Shown here: positions 9,570 to 19,141 of the stretch, in pieces
Position numbering within the stretch: position 1 is the stretch's first letter
How the letters are laid out: the number at the start of each line of letters is the position of its first letter
Virus record (IMG/VR): IMGVR_UViG_3300027971_000051
Location: 2,971 to 66,970 of that record
Length of the DNA stretch: 64,000 nucleotides
Direction: 5' to 3' (one strand)
Origin: a virus
Taxonomy: Duplodnaviria; Caudoviricetes
The notes under the pieces: model-generated
What the model was told of the DNA's origin: nothing
Database searches by the model: none
The model's input: the letters and a program-made list of their open reading frames with translations, nothing else
Position numbers and translations under genes: made by a program

Positions 9570-10808
9570 TTAGCATTTAACTAATGTGCTTAGTAAATGT
9601 GGTCCATCCCATGTTTGGCTTTCGATTCTGAATTGACCTTTGAAGCCATATACTTCTTTAGCCCACATTCTTTCATTGTCGAAATAAAATGGAAATGTTT
9701 GTTCTGTGATGATGTTCACATGTGTTGGATCCCAAAAGGCAGCCGCATGAGGAAATGCAGGTGTCTTTGAATAGAATTTTCCTCCAACTTTCAATACTCG
9801 CCAAATCTCACTCATCAATTCTACAAATGGATATCTACGATTTGGATTATACATCAGTCTAGGAATGTGTTCGATGAAATCATGTGCAGTCACATAATCA
9901 AAGAAATTATCAATAAACGGAATTGGTTCAATAACTAAATCTGCCCGTGTGATTTTATTCTTAGTATCATCTCTAACATCAATACCATATACATGTTTTG
10001 CGTTAAATGGATTTTTAGGATACTCACCACAACCTAAATCAAGTGAATAAGTTTCTTCTGGTTCTTTAGTGTATCGAATAATGTCTTCGCTACAATCTGT
10101 TACTTTAGGTAAATCTTTACTCCATAATTCTTTTAGTGTTTCTGCTGTCATAACACCATTTGGTCCATGATAGTGATGGCTTCCCCATCCACGAATTCTA
10201 TCGTGTTCTGGTACTTTATTTTGAATCTGCAACCTACGTTCAAGCATACCTCTACTAGCAATACAATTTGCATAGTGGAAAATCATCATCTCTTCATTGT
10301 TGAATGAGGCAAAATGGCGACCAACATCATATTCCATCGTCTTCACATTATGCAAACTTCTAGCACGGCGAGCCATGAAGTCTGTCTTATAGTGAATACC
10401 TTGTTTCTTCTGTGCCCACAAAGGTTTAGTTCTGTCTAACTCACCATCTGGATTCCAATCCCAGAATGTGATTGTTGGAATTAAATGTTGTGTAGACCTA
10501 ATGGTGTCTGCTAAAAACTTTTTATAATCGCCAACTAAAAATTCTGTGACATTCAAACAAATGCGCCAGCCTTCAATCTTGCGTTCATATTCTAATACTT
10601 CAACGTCAACAAGTCTAGCATTAAATTCTGAATTTTTAGATTGTACAACTTCCCATGTCGGACAAATCTCTTTGATGATTTCACGGGACCTGTCTGTAGA
10701 TGCATAGTCGATAATGATACCATGATCGAAAATTTTCTTATGATGTTCTAGCCACCAAGGTAGAATATATTCTTCATTATAAATGTGTGCAATTACTGTT
10801 GATGCCAT
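9570..10808 (-). CDS. fused glycosyltransferase (GT2-like) and SAM methyltransferase
   Basis: N-terminal YNEEYILPWWLEHH..IIIDYASTD; C-terminal LDLGCG..DFIEHI..EIWRVLKVGG..DPTH. Confidence 0.85.
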   Translation of the reverse strand: MASTVIAHIYNEEYILPWWLEHHKKIFDHGIIIDYASTDRSREIIKEICPTWEVVQSKNSEFNARLVDVEVLEYERKIEGWRICLNVTEFLVGDYKKFLADTIRSTQHLIPTITFWDWNPDGELDRTKPLWAQKKQGIHYKTDFMARRARSLHNVKTMEYDVGRHFASFNNEEMMIFHYANCIASRGMLERRLQIQNKVPEHDRIRGWGSHHYHGPNGVMTAETLKELWSKDLPKVTDCSEDIIRYTKEPEETYSLDLGCGEYPKNPFNAKHVYGIDVRDDTKNKITRADLVIEPIPFIDNFFDYVTAHDFIEHIPRLMYNPNRRYPFVELMSEIWRVLKVGGKFYSKTPAFPHAAAFWDPTHVNIITEQTFPFYFDNERMWAKEVYGFKGQFRIESQTWDGPHLLSTLVKC

Positions 10809-10815
10809 TGTGTCC

Positions 10816-11505
10816 TCAATTTTCAATTAAACTTGTATCTATCAAAATCGGTACTGTGCTTGTTTTTAATAAGTTCTCAACTGATCCAGGTTTTACATTT
10901 GGGTTTCTCAATTGTCCAAACTCATAGAATGAACGTCTAGGTCCACCAACATGACAAATGCCTGTTTGTTCACTTAAACATTTCTCTGCAATCTTAGGTG
11001 CAATAATATCTATGTACTCTTTAGATGAATACTTATCTGTAAATGCTGTGTCAAATGGAAAATCAACATCGCAAAATTCTGTTCGTATCACTAAAGATTT
11101 TTCATAAATTAGAGTAGCCATCTCACCAGCAACTTTAGATTTTGCATATCGTGTTAATGGATTAGGCAAATCTGTATGTGTGTAGTTTCCTTTTTGTCCA
11201 TCGAATACATGTGACGATGAAATAAAAACAAATCTAGCATTCTGATTCATCGCATGTTTTAATGCGTTACATGTGCCTTGAATGTTTGTTTCAATTGTGC
11301 CAATAGGATTTTTTTCTGCATCAGCAAATTTTGCGATAGCCGCACAATGAATAACCAAATCGCAATCAAATAGTGTAAAGAAGAGTGGATCGGTAATGTC
11401 TAACTCACTACTACTAGGTGCAATGATTTCATGTCCTCTTACTCTTAAATGGCGAATTAAATTTCTGCCAAGAAGTCCTGATCCACCAGTTAACAAAATT
11501 TTCAT
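10816..11505 (-). CDS. rmlD: dTDP-4-dehydrorhamnose reductase-like (RmlD)
   Basis: TGGSGLLG, HCAA, ISSSHVFDG and YAKSK motifs. Confidence 0.8.
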   Translation of the reverse strand: MKILLTGGSGLLGRNLIRHLRVRGHEIIAPSSSELDITDPLFFTLFDCDLVIHCAAIAKFADAEKNPIGTIETNIQGTCNALKHAMNQNARFVFISSSHVFDGQKGNYTHTDLPNPLTRYAKSKVAGEMATLIYEKSLVIRTEFCDVDFPFDTAFTDKYSSKEYIDIIAPKIAEKCLSEQTGICHVGGPRRSFYEFGQLRNPNVKPGSVENLLKTSTVPILIDTSLIEN

Positions 11506-12464
11506 TTGCCTAAAACTTTCTGAAATGTTGTTATGTTAGAATATTCATCACTATCGAAATTATAGCTTAACGGATCCATATTGTCAAGTATCTCAGCCAA
11601 AGAGTCTAGAGGGGTAAATTGTGCTTTGAAACCTAACTCATCTTCGATTTTTTCTGTACTCACTTTGTAGTTACGAACATCATTGTTTTCGTTGATAACT
11701 AAGTCAACAACATATCCTCTTTTTCTCAACTCTCCGTGAATTGCTTCACCCAACTGACCAATCGTCATATTGCCGCCAGAAAGATTATAAACACCAGACA
11801 CATTCAAGTCTGCTTCTAACGCTTTTTGATATCCCTGAATCACATCACGAATATCTACAAGTGGGCGCCAAATCTTTGGATTATTAACTACAATCTTTTG
11901 TGTAGTGAATGCACTCTTCAACATAGTGTTCACAACTAAGTCGTAACGCATCTTTGGAGACCAACCACCAACTGTGCCTTTACGAAACAAAATTGGTTTG
12001 AAGTTATCATCTTCTAATGTTTCTAAGCCACGTTCACATTGTAGTTTAGAAATACCATATGCATATGCAGGTTTAACAAGACTGCTTTCGTTCAATGTTT
12101 TATTCTTAGTGAATCCATATACGCTACAAGAACTTGCACAAATAAAACGTTTTACTCCAGCTTCTTTAGCAATGAATGCAAGATACATTGGCGCAGAAGA
12201 ATTCTCAATGAAGTTTAAGTCTGGTCTAAACATTGCCATTGGATCATTAGATAATCCAGCAAGAAACATAATTGCATCATATGAAGTCAACTCTGCGGGT
12301 TTGATATCCCAAAGGCTTTTTCTTTCCTTTGAAATATTTGGATTGAGTTTATCTCCAAACCAGAAGTTATCAATAACATGTACTTTGTATCCAAGATCAA
12401 ATAGATGATTTGAGAGTCTTGTGCCAATGTAGCCTGCGCCACCAACGATAAGAATATTTTTCAT
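11502..12464 (-). CDS. NAD-dependent epimerase/dehydratase
   Basis: GGAGYIG, LAGLSNDP, ASSCSVYG and YGISK motifs. Confidence 0.9.
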   Translation of the reverse strand: MKNILIVGGAGYIGTRLSNHLFDLGYKVHVIDNFWFGDKLNPNISKERKSLWDIKPAELTSYDAIMFLAGLSNDPMAMFRPDLNFIENSSAPMYLAFIAKEAGVKRFICASSCSVYGFTKNKTLNESSLVKPAYAYGISKLQCERGLETLEDDNFKPILFRKGTVGGWSPKMRYDLVVNTMLKSAFTTQKIVVNNPKIWRPLVDIRDVIQGYQKALEADLNVSGVYNLSGGNMTIGQLGEAIHGELRKRGYVVDLVINENNDVRNYKVSTEKIEDELGFKAQFTPLDSLAEILDNMDPLSYNFDSDEYSNITTFQKVLGK

Positions 12465-12466
12465 AA

Positions 12467-13030
12467 TTAAAATTTCGGGTTTAGTTTATAATCTGCGAAA
12501 GAGCCTGCGGCTCTATCTTTGTCTGATAGAATGATATTTTGTTTGCCTTCGGCAAAATGTTTCCATACCTCATTTAAACCTATTTCATCATCAAATGGAC
12601 TTATCGCAGATTCTGCTAATGGATTGTGTACTGCTGTGCATTTGTACATAAGGTGAGTATTATCCTCTAATGATAAAAATGCATGACCAAAACCAGGAGG
12701 AACCCATAGCTGAGTATTATTATTAGCACTTAATCCTTCGGCGTGCCAATAACCATATGTTTTAGAATCTTTTCTGAGATCAATTGCAATGTCAATTCCA
12801 TTTCCGTGAGTTACACGAACCAATTTTCCCATTGGTTCATCCCATTGAAAATGAATTCCTCTTACAACATATTTTCGTGATGATGATTGATTGTCCTGAA
12901 CAAATTTTACGCCTAGTGCGGCTTCAACTTTTGGGTTGAATGTTTCAGTAAAAAAACCACGGTGGTCTTTGTATACAGGTAGTGTGATGGATTTAACATC
13001 GGGGATTGTTTTAGAATCAACTATATGCAT
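12467..13030 (-). CDS. rmlC: dTDP-4-dehydrorhamnose 3,5-epimerase (RmlC)
   Basis: DHRGFFTETF, VQDNQSSS..VRGIHFQ, LWVPPGFGHAF and YKCT motifs. Confidence 0.92.
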   Translation of the reverse strand: MHIVDSKTIPDVKSITLPVYKDHRGFFTETFNPKVEAALGVKFVQDNQSSSRKYVVRGIHFQWDEPMGKLVRVTHGNGIDIAIDLRKDSKTYGYWHAEGLSANNNTQLWVPPGFGHAFLSLEDNTHLMYKCTAVHNPLAESAISPFDDEIGLNEVWKHFAEGKQNIILSDKDRAAGSFADYKLNPKF

Positions 13031-13049
13031 TATTATTCTCCATAAATTA

Positions 13050-13218
13050 ATGACAGGTTATTCTGTTACGAGGAAACCTGTCGAAACCCTAGTCAGCGTT
13101 TAGGCTGCCAATGCGAAACGTGAGTCGTTTGCGTTTACTTTTTTTGCTTGATTTACGGTCATCGCCTACCGTGCTGTCCACTCTGGTACTCTTTGCCCTG
13201 TCGAAACTATGCACCCCC
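13050..13218 (-). ncRNA. ssrA: two-piece tmRNA, coding piece (tag ANDSRFALAA* at 13132-13100)
   Basis: 5' GGGGGTGCATAGTTTCGAC, pk1-like ACGGT/ACCGT stem, resume codon GCA, tag ending ALAA-TAA, 3' hairpin. Confidence 0.92.
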
Positions 13219-13230
13219 ATCAAAAATAAA

Positions 13231-13383
13231 TTATATAATTGTATTTTCTGCAACAACATATACTTTCCATTTCGGATGTTTTTTAGAAAGACTTTCTGCT
13301 TTAACAAGCAAATGTTCTTTACTCTTACTTACATCTTTTACGAAAGTTTTGTCGCCAGTTTTTACTACAATTTTATATTTCAT
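13231..13383 (-). CDS. 50-aa basic protein inside the tmRNA intervening segment
   Basis: open frame MKYKIVVKTGDKTFVKDVSKSKEHLLVKAESLSKKHPKWKVYVVAENTII* fills the spacer; no clear RBS. Confidence 0.6.
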   Translation of the reverse strand: MKYKIVVKTGDKTFVKDVSKSKEHLLVKAESLSKKHPKWKVYVVAENTII

Positions 13384-13393
13384 AATTTACTTT

Positions 13394-13457
13394 TGGTGGA
13401 GGTGGGGGGATTCGCACCCCCGTCCAGAACCTGTTTCTCTTTGCTTCATACAGCAAT
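13394..13457 (-). ncRNA. ssrA: two-piece tmRNA, acceptor piece
   Basis: GACGGGGGTGCGAATCCCCCCACCTCCACCA; CACCTCC pairs with GGGGGTG giving the G3.U Ala determinant; GTTCTG/CAGGGC and TGCTGT/ACAGCA helix-2 pairings; 5' end approximate. Confidence 0.92.
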
Positions 13458-13458
13458 A

Positions 13459-13596
13459 TCAATCGTAAGGTGGCCAACCAGTGTCCGCCTTACTATCTTC
13501 TTCAAAATTATTCCAATCGTAGGTTGCAAGTTTGTAAATCCAAAATGCATGTAGTCCTACAACAAGAATTAATAAAATTATATCACTATTTATCAT
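13459..13596 (-). CDS. small membrane protein (45 aa)
   Basis: MINSDIILLILVVGLHAFWIYKLATYDWNNFEEDSKADTGWPPYD*, read manually; single TM segment. Confidence 0.55.
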   Translation of the reverse strand: MINSDIILLILVVGLHAFWIYKLATYDWNNFEEDSKADTGWPPYD

Positions 13597-13597
13597 G

Positions 13598-14266
13598 TTA
13601 GTCAATCAGTACGGCATCATATGCTTCTCGGTAAGAAATAAAATCTTTGATGTAGTCGTTGCGTTTCTTAATGAACACTTGTGGATGTTCAGAATCAACT
13701 GCTATCATAATTACAATTTGTGATACTGGTATTCCAGTTCGTTCTTCATACATGACTGCATACGCAGAGCATTGCATAAAGTATCCTTTAATCCAACTCT
13801 CTTCTTTTAATTTGCTTGAAGTCTTGAAGTCAATGATAGATAACTTACCATCATATTCTGCAATACAGTCAACTCTACCAGCAACTTTTAAATGATGAGA
13901 ATACAAAGGAATCTCTAGCGCATGAATGTTATTTACATGTTCATCCAATAGAGGTTGTAAAGACTTGAACATAGCAACAGAATCTGGCATCGTCTTACGT
14001 GCAAAGTCTTCTTCGTTGTTTAAATAGTTTTCGCAAATCTTGTGTACTCTAGTTCCACGGCTGGATGCTTTAGTGGAGATACGATTGGCTTCTTCTTCAC
14101 CGACACGTTTTCGCCATTCTATGATTTTATCTTTACCATGCTGAGATGTGATAGTAGTCACGGAAGGATATAGATTGCCTTCAGGCGTTTTATAAAAACG
14201 CTTGCCGTTTATTGTTTCGGTTTCTAGGTCATAATCAATATCACAACCAACATGTTTAAAGTTCAT
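13598..14266 (-). CDS. PD-(D/E)XK exonuclease (Cas4/RecB-like)
   Basis: YPSVTT, RGTRVH, AGRVDCIAEYDGKLSIIDFKTS and YFMQCSAY motifs. Confidence 0.9.
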   Translation of the reverse strand: MNFKHVGCDIDYDLETETINGKRFYKTPEGNLYPSVTTITSQHGKDKIIEWRKRVGEEEANRISTKASSRGTRVHKICENYLNNEEDFARKTMPDSVAMFKSLQPLLDEHVNNIHALEIPLYSHHLKVAGRVDCIAEYDGKLSIIDFKTSSKLKEESWIKGYFMQCSAYAVMYEERTGIPVSQIVIMIAVDSEHPQVFIKKRNDYIKDFISYREAYDAVLID

Positions 14267-14268
14267 TT

Positions 14269-15042
14269 TTATAGTACCATAAAGTATAGATTAAAGTATT
14301 TATCTCCGTTGCTTTCAACTCCACCAGAAAAATGTATTAAAGGAAGTCTTGCCAAGTCTCTTAGTTTAACACGAATGTCGATATCTGTCAATAGTATAAC
14401 GTCATCAGAAATATCTTTTAGATATGTATCCTTTAATTCAATCTCAAATCCTCGCTTATCGGTATTTTCATCTCTTACCGAATACAATTGGCCAATTCTT
14501 TCTTGTGTTATGAATTTTGGATACAATCCAAAGCCACTTGAGTCTATGAGAGATTTATACTTGTCTTTAGATTTTATCGATTGATATCGTGTGACAGCAC
14601 ATTTAGATTTAGTCCATTTGAATCCATAGCCAAAACCTTTTGTAACAGTTTCACAATATACTTTATACTTAGCGACATTGGTATCGGCTTCAATTGCAAA
14701 AATAATAAAATCACATGTAGAAAATTCACTCAACAGCATGTCGATATATTTTTCTGGAAAGTTATATTTTTTAACAATTTTTAATACGCTGTTAAAATTT
14801 GTAAACTTCTCTTTTCTAAAAACCACAATAATACGATCCCTGTTAAAGTTACTTTTAGTAATTTTAACGGAATGGTGTATTTTCATTTTGTGATCTAGCC
14901 AAAATTCACTTTGAAAATTTTCTAAAAATTCTATTACATATTGATTATCAGTACGAATTGAATCCAAAGCAATATACTTTGGATCCAATGAACGAATATC
15001 TATGTTCGCTAGACTAACTTGTTGCGGTAACTCCATCTTCAT
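14269..15042 (-). CDS. hypothetical protein
   Basis: 257-aa AT-rich ORF in operon. Confidence 0.6.
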   Translation of the reverse strand: MKMELPQQVSLANIDIRSLDPKYIALDSIRTDNQYVIEFLENFQSEFWLDHKMKIHHSVKITKSNFNRDRIIVVFRKEKFTNFNSVLKIVKKYNFPEKYIDMLLSEFSTCDFIIFAIEADTNVAKYKVYCETVTKGFGYGFKWTKSKCAVTRYQSIKSKDKYKSLIDSSGFGLYPKFITQERIGQLYSVRDENTDKRGFEIELKDTYLKDISDDVILLTDIDIRVKLRDLARLPLIHFSGGVESNGDKYFNLYFMVL

Positions 15043-15790
15043 ATTGTAATTTCGCTAAAATATAATCTTTCACTAATGAGGAACGAACAATATCATCCAC
15101 GGTAAATTCGATCTTTGTGAATGCATTCATGTGATATGCAATGTCAAAGAATTTAAGAATTCCTGATACATCATTTTTCTTTTTATTTAAGTCTGTTTGT
15201 CTATAGTCGCCACACCAAATAATTTTAGATCGATAACCAACCCGTGTCATAACAGTATCAATCTCTTCATACGTCATGTTTTGCATCTCATCAACAATAA
15301 TGATAGCATCATCAAATGACATACCACGAATGAATGATGTTGAAATGAATTCAATATGTCCCTGCTCTTCTAATCTATCCCATGCGTCTTTGCGACCAAA
15401 TAGTGTTTCGCAGATTTGTCGATATGGTTGTTGATAGATTTCCATTTTCTCATTTACGTCACCTGGCAAATGTCCAATCTCTCTTGATTGAACAGCAGAA
15501 CGTACTACGATAATTTTATTAAATGGATTTGCTTTATCCATTACTTCTTCAATTGCTTTATACAATGCACAGAATGTTTTACCTGTACCTGCTACACCAT
15601 GAAGTGCTACAAAATAGTCTCCACGTTTATATGCATCGAAAAAAAGTTTTTGATTTTCTGTTAAAGGGTCAAAAGTTTTTAAATCATCTAGTCTGAGTCT
15701 GAGTGTATTATTGACGGTTTTGTTTCTAGGAGTCGATTGAAGTTCTGGTTCGGTATTTGCTGATTTAGGCACAGCAGGTTTTCTTGCCAT
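15014..15790 (-). CDS. phoH: PhoH family ATPase
   Basis: GVAGTGKT, IGHLPG, FIRGMSF, IIVDEMQN, TRVG, GDYRQTDL and DIVRS motifs. Confidence 0.95.
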   Translation of the reverse strand: MARKPAVPKSANTEPELQSTPRNKTVNNTLRLRLDDLKTFDPLTENQKLFFDAYKRGDYFVALHGVAGTGKTFCALYKAIEEVMDKANPFNKIIVVRSAVQSREIGHLPGDVNEKMEIYQQPYRQICETLFGRKDAWDRLEEQGHIEFISTSFIRGMSFDDAIIIVDEMQNMTYEEIDTVMTRVGYRSKIIWCGDYRQTDLNKKKNDVSGILKFFDIAYHMNAFTKIEFTVDDIVRSSLVKDYILAKLQYEDGVTATS

Positions 15791-15831
15791 GGGAGTCCTT
15801 TTACTTGTTGTAGTGTAATGTATCCTCATTA

Positions 15832-16068
15832 TTAGAAAGTGTTAACATTACCTCTAGGGTGAGCCTCTTTAGCTTTTGCAAGGACTTCTCTAAATCCATT
15901 GTCTGGCTTTCTGAGACCCAATCTAATAGGATCACCTAATGATGGGGCGCCTAGCATAACAGATTCATAGTGAGGATTTTGTTCTAAGAATTCCTCTCTA
16001 TCAGCAATTTTAAAAAGTCTTTCGATTATTTCGCCTGTTTCACGATGGCGAAAGTTGTATGTTGGCAT
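15832..16068 (-). CDS. FmdB-like small regulatory protein
   Basis: MPTYNFR..TGE start and KPDNGFREVL motif common in T4-like phages. Confidence 0.65.
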   Translation of the reverse strand: MPTYNFRHRETGEIIERLFKIADREEFLEQNPHYESVMLGAPSLGDPIRLGLRKPDNGFREVLAKAKEAHPRGNVNTF

Positions 16069-16615
16069 TCTTTACTCCGTATGAGAACCACTCTGGTGTT
16101 TCTCTGTTTTTCCATTTTGCAAATCTACTCTTATCATGTATATAGTAATTTTGATAAGAACGAATTGAGTCGTTTGTCACTTTATATGTATCTGGCATTG
16201 CAGGTGTAGGTTCAGTAAAGATTCCTTTAGGAATATTCATTGGATCCAAATAAAGTGCAGACATTAACTTTTCACATGCATGTTTCTTACCATATCTATG
16301 TGTGTATTCTTGCAAAAGATAAAACCACATGCGATAAAGCCAACGATAATTTTCTTTCGATTGTCTCACCCAAATAGCGGATGGATGATTAACATGGCTT
16401 GCTTTATATAACGTATGTTCAGATAATTCATCTTTCATGCGCCAACGCTGAATGCTACGATTGTTAGAAGTCTTATCAGTATACTGTTCGCCATCAAGCA
16501 CACGGTGTGCAGTTGACATAAGCTGTGCATACTCAATAATCATTTTAACAACGTGTTTATCTAAATGCATTTTGGCGCACGTTGATGGATCAGGATCAAG
16601 ATAAAAAATGTTCAT
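16040..16615 (-). CDS. pyrimidine-dimer glycosylase (DenV)-related conserved phage protein
   Basis: MNIFYLD..DKHVVKMIIEYAQLMSTAH, HVNHPSAIW and EYTHRYGKKH motifs. Confidence 0.65.
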   Translation of the reverse strand: MNIFYLDPDPSTCAKMHLDKHVVKMIIEYAQLMSTAHRVLDGEQYTDKTSNNRSIQRWRMKDELSEHTLYKASHVNHPSAIWVRQSKENYRWLYRMWFYLLQEYTHRYGKKHACEKLMSALYLDPMNIPKGIFTEPTPAMPDTYKVTNDSIRSYQNYYIHDKSRFAKWKNRETPEWFSYGVKNANIQLSPS

Positions 16616-17187
16616 ATAAAATTCATTGAAATTGAAATTCTGTCTTCTTCATTAGTTCCGTGTTGAACCATGTGCCTTAGATATGATCTAAAAATTAAAA
16701 GCATACCTTGCTTAGGTTCATATGAACATGTGGGACGATTAAATTTTGTTAGGTTAACAATATTTTTAGGCATCATCATATCAGGCTCACTTGGACTTTC
16801 AAATACTATATTACCACAACCAACTGGAGAAGTCAAGTAATATGCACAAGAAAAAATAGAATTGTTGTGTACGTGATACTCTTGGTAGTTATTTTTATTG
16901 GCAATGTTTACCCACGCATTCGATGGCGTATACATTGCCATTGAACCAAATGATTTCGAATATTCTACTACATGCTTATTGATTTCATTGACTAAAGGAA
17001 AAAATGTTTTATCCTTAGTCAATTCATAAACACCAAAAGTATTGTACATGTTTCCTAGCCATCCTTTTCCTCCTGATGGAATGTTCTCTCTATTAGTCTG
17101 AATGTATTCAGCCCAAATGTCGTTTTGTTCTTTTGAGAACAAATTTTCAATTCTATAGATAGCAGTAGGAAACCACTCATCAATCAA
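16612..17187 (-). CDS. putative 2OG-Fe(II) oxygenase (TIGR02466-like)
   Basis: WFPTAIY, AWVN, HVHNNS, FRSYLRHMV and RISISMN motifs. Confidence 0.85.
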   Translation of the reverse strand: MIDEWFPTAIYRIENLFSKEQNDIWAEYIQTNRENIPSGGKGWLGNMYNTFGVYELTKDKTFFPLVNEINKHVVEYSKSFGSMAMYTPSNAWVNIANKNNYQEYHVHNNSIFSCAYYLTSPVGCGNIVFESPSEPDMMMPKNIVNLTKFNRPTCSYEPKQGMLLIFRSYLRHMVQHGTNEEDRISISMNFI

Positions 17188-17609
17188 TCTATTTTCTCCA
17201 CCAATACTTTATCGCCTTGATCTCTACCAAACGACATATTATCGTAGTATACACGAACAAGCCCTTTACGTGCAAGTGAAACACATGTCACACATGCACC
17301 AAAGTAGTTTACATTTTCCGTAATGTCTTCAATACATTGACTTGGAACACCTTCAGCACGGGACAACATTTCTGTCATCAATACGACATCTTCCATACCA
17401 TCATTGAATTCACTATCACCTTCATCAATAATTTCCATTAACACTTCTAAGTTTTCATCAGACAATTTCTTAAAGAATTTGCCTAATGATGTATACGGAT
17501 TTCGCATCAGCATTTTTGCTACTGATTTTGTGACAGGAAGAAGACCTTCTGCATCAATAATTTTTTCCATATTTGGATGTGAGTTCTCAAAATCAATAGG
17601 GTTTTCCAT
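17184..17609 (-). CDS. hypothetical protein
   Basis: 141-aa ORF in operon. Confidence 0.65.
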   Translation of the reverse strand: MENPIDFENSHPNMEKIIDAEGLLPVTKSVAKMLMRNPYTSLGKFFKKLSDENLEVLMEIIDEGDSEFNDGMEDVVLMTEMLSRAEGVPSQCIEDITENVNYFGACVTCVSLARKGLVRVYYDNMSFGRDQGDKVLVEKID

Positions 17610-18272
17610 TTAGTGTTCCATGTTATAATAAAAGTCGTTGATGTATCTTTCGCTATCGCCCATTCTGTGCATGTCCGATGACGTTCTAATTCTAAGATTT
17701 TCTGGCAGAGAAGTTATGAAACTATTTGTGCTATATCTTGCACCACTAATAACTTCTTTCACTTCGTGCACCCAAAATGGATCCGCAGGAAAAATTAATG
17801 CATCTCCAGTTTTAAGTTCAACATCGTATTTACCATTAAAAAATGTAAATTGTCCGCCAGTATAGTCTTCATTTAAATTAAACGTGCAACTGGCATGAAC
17901 AAAATGATCCCAATCTATATGAGGATGAATCCAACCACCAGGTTCATATTTTAATAACCTATACATATGAGAATATTTCAAAACATTTTTTAGTGCATGT
18001 GTGTGAAACATTTTTTTCGATTCTAAATATTCAAGCCATTGTTTAATTAGATTTTTTGTTGCGGAATGAATAAGATCAAAATTTTTTGTTCCTGGATTTA
18101 AACAAACTCGTTTGAAGGTAGATTGTGTTGGATTTCCAGTAATTGCATGAGTGCAGTTTTCATATTCGAATTTATTTTTTTCTTTTTCATACTCGGAAAT
18201 TAAAGAAGCACATTGATCTTTGCTCAATGCACCTCTAACTATTAATAGAGAATCTTTATAATTTATTTCCAT
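17610..18272 (-). CDS. 2OG-Fe(II) oxygenase (prolyl-hydroxylase-like)
   Basis: LLKY..HPHID, LNEDYTGG and HEVKEVISGARYS motifs. Confidence 0.88.
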   Translation of the reverse strand: MEINYKDSLLIVRGALSKDQCASLISEYEKEKNKFEYENCTHAITGNPTQSTFKRVCLNPGTKNFDLIHSATKNLIKQWLEYLESKKMFHTHALKNVLKYSHMYRLLKYEPGGWIHPHIDWDHFVHASCTFNLNEDYTGGQFTFFNGKYDVELKTGDALIFPADPFWVHEVKEVISGARYSTNSFITSLPENLRIRTSSDMHRMGDSERYINDFYYNMEH

Positions 18273-19141
18273 TAAATCTCCACGTATTTAAGTTTAAAAT
18301 TATCGGCACGGTCTTCGTAATTAATATAGCCACGTGGATTGCAAACAACCCTAGTGGTGCCAATCATGTAGTCAAAGTCTTCATGTGTATGTCCATGGGT
18401 CCACAATTTAATTTGAGGACGATCCAGAATGAATTGATCTAAGCGGCTACTGTATGCACCATTCACAATCACTTCATCTTTGTATCGTGGATGAGTAGAT
18501 GCCTTGCTAGGTGCATGATGCCCAACAACAACATACTTACCAAGAGGCTCACTTGCTACATTAATGTATTGTAACATTTTCTTGTGATCCTGTACAGTAT
18601 CTTCTGGTGTAAATCTAGCAGGACGTTTATGAAACGTAGGGATTTGCTTACCCTCTTCATTTACATCAAATGTTTTGTAAGATACCATTTCGGTACTGTT
18701 TATAATAGTACGAAAATCATTCATCACACCACGAATGTGTGAAAGAGTAACAGGGTCTTGTGCATTCATATCAGTCCACAATGTACCACCAATGAATGTT
18801 ACATCACCAAGTGTAACATGCTCTTTGTCAAGAATGTGCAAATTTGGAATGTGTCCAAGAAAGTTTCGTAGAATCGTAAATGTTTCTGCATAATCACCAT
18901 TATAGTGTTCGTGATTACCCGCAATGTAAATTACTGAAGGAAATTCGAAAGCACAGCGAGTAAAGAAATCAATATAACGTTGACTTCTACCATTCTCTAC
19001 AAGCCCATATGGATCAGACTTACGAAAGTCAGCGGCAACACAAATATCGCCAGACAGAATTAATACGTCAGCGTTCTCTTCGTTCTTTAAAATTAAATCT
19101 CCGAATTCAAGATGAACATCGGATGTAATAGCAATTTTCAT
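18272..19141 (-). CDS. calcineurin-like metallophosphoesterase
   Basis: SDVHLE, GDI, GNHEHY, HHAP, HGHTH and NPRGY motifs. Confidence 0.92.
   Translation of the reverse strand: MKIAITSDVHLEFGDLILKNEENADVLILSGDICVAADFRKSDPYGLVENGRSQRYIDFFTRCAFEFPSVIYIAGNHEHYNGDYAETFTILRNFLGHIPNLHILDKEHVTLGDVTFIGGTLWTDMNAQDPVTLSHIRGVMNDFRTIINSTEMVSYKTFDVNEEGKQIPTFHKRPARFTPEDTVQDHKKMLQYINVASEPLGKYVVVGHHAPSKASTHPRYKDEVIVNGAYSSRLDQFILDRPQIKLWTHGHTHEDFDYMIGTTRVVCNPRGYINYEDRADNFKLKYVEI

Noticed and set aside
13089-13554. ORF-track entries 13089-13307, 13111-13554 and 13148-13468
   Set aside because: They overlap the tmRNA pieces; the credible frames are the tag and the 13231-13383 ORF.
13598-14266. CRISPR-associated Cas4
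   Set aside because: No Fe-S cysteine cluster, cas genes or array nearby; it is the common T4-like PD-(D/E)XK exonuclease.
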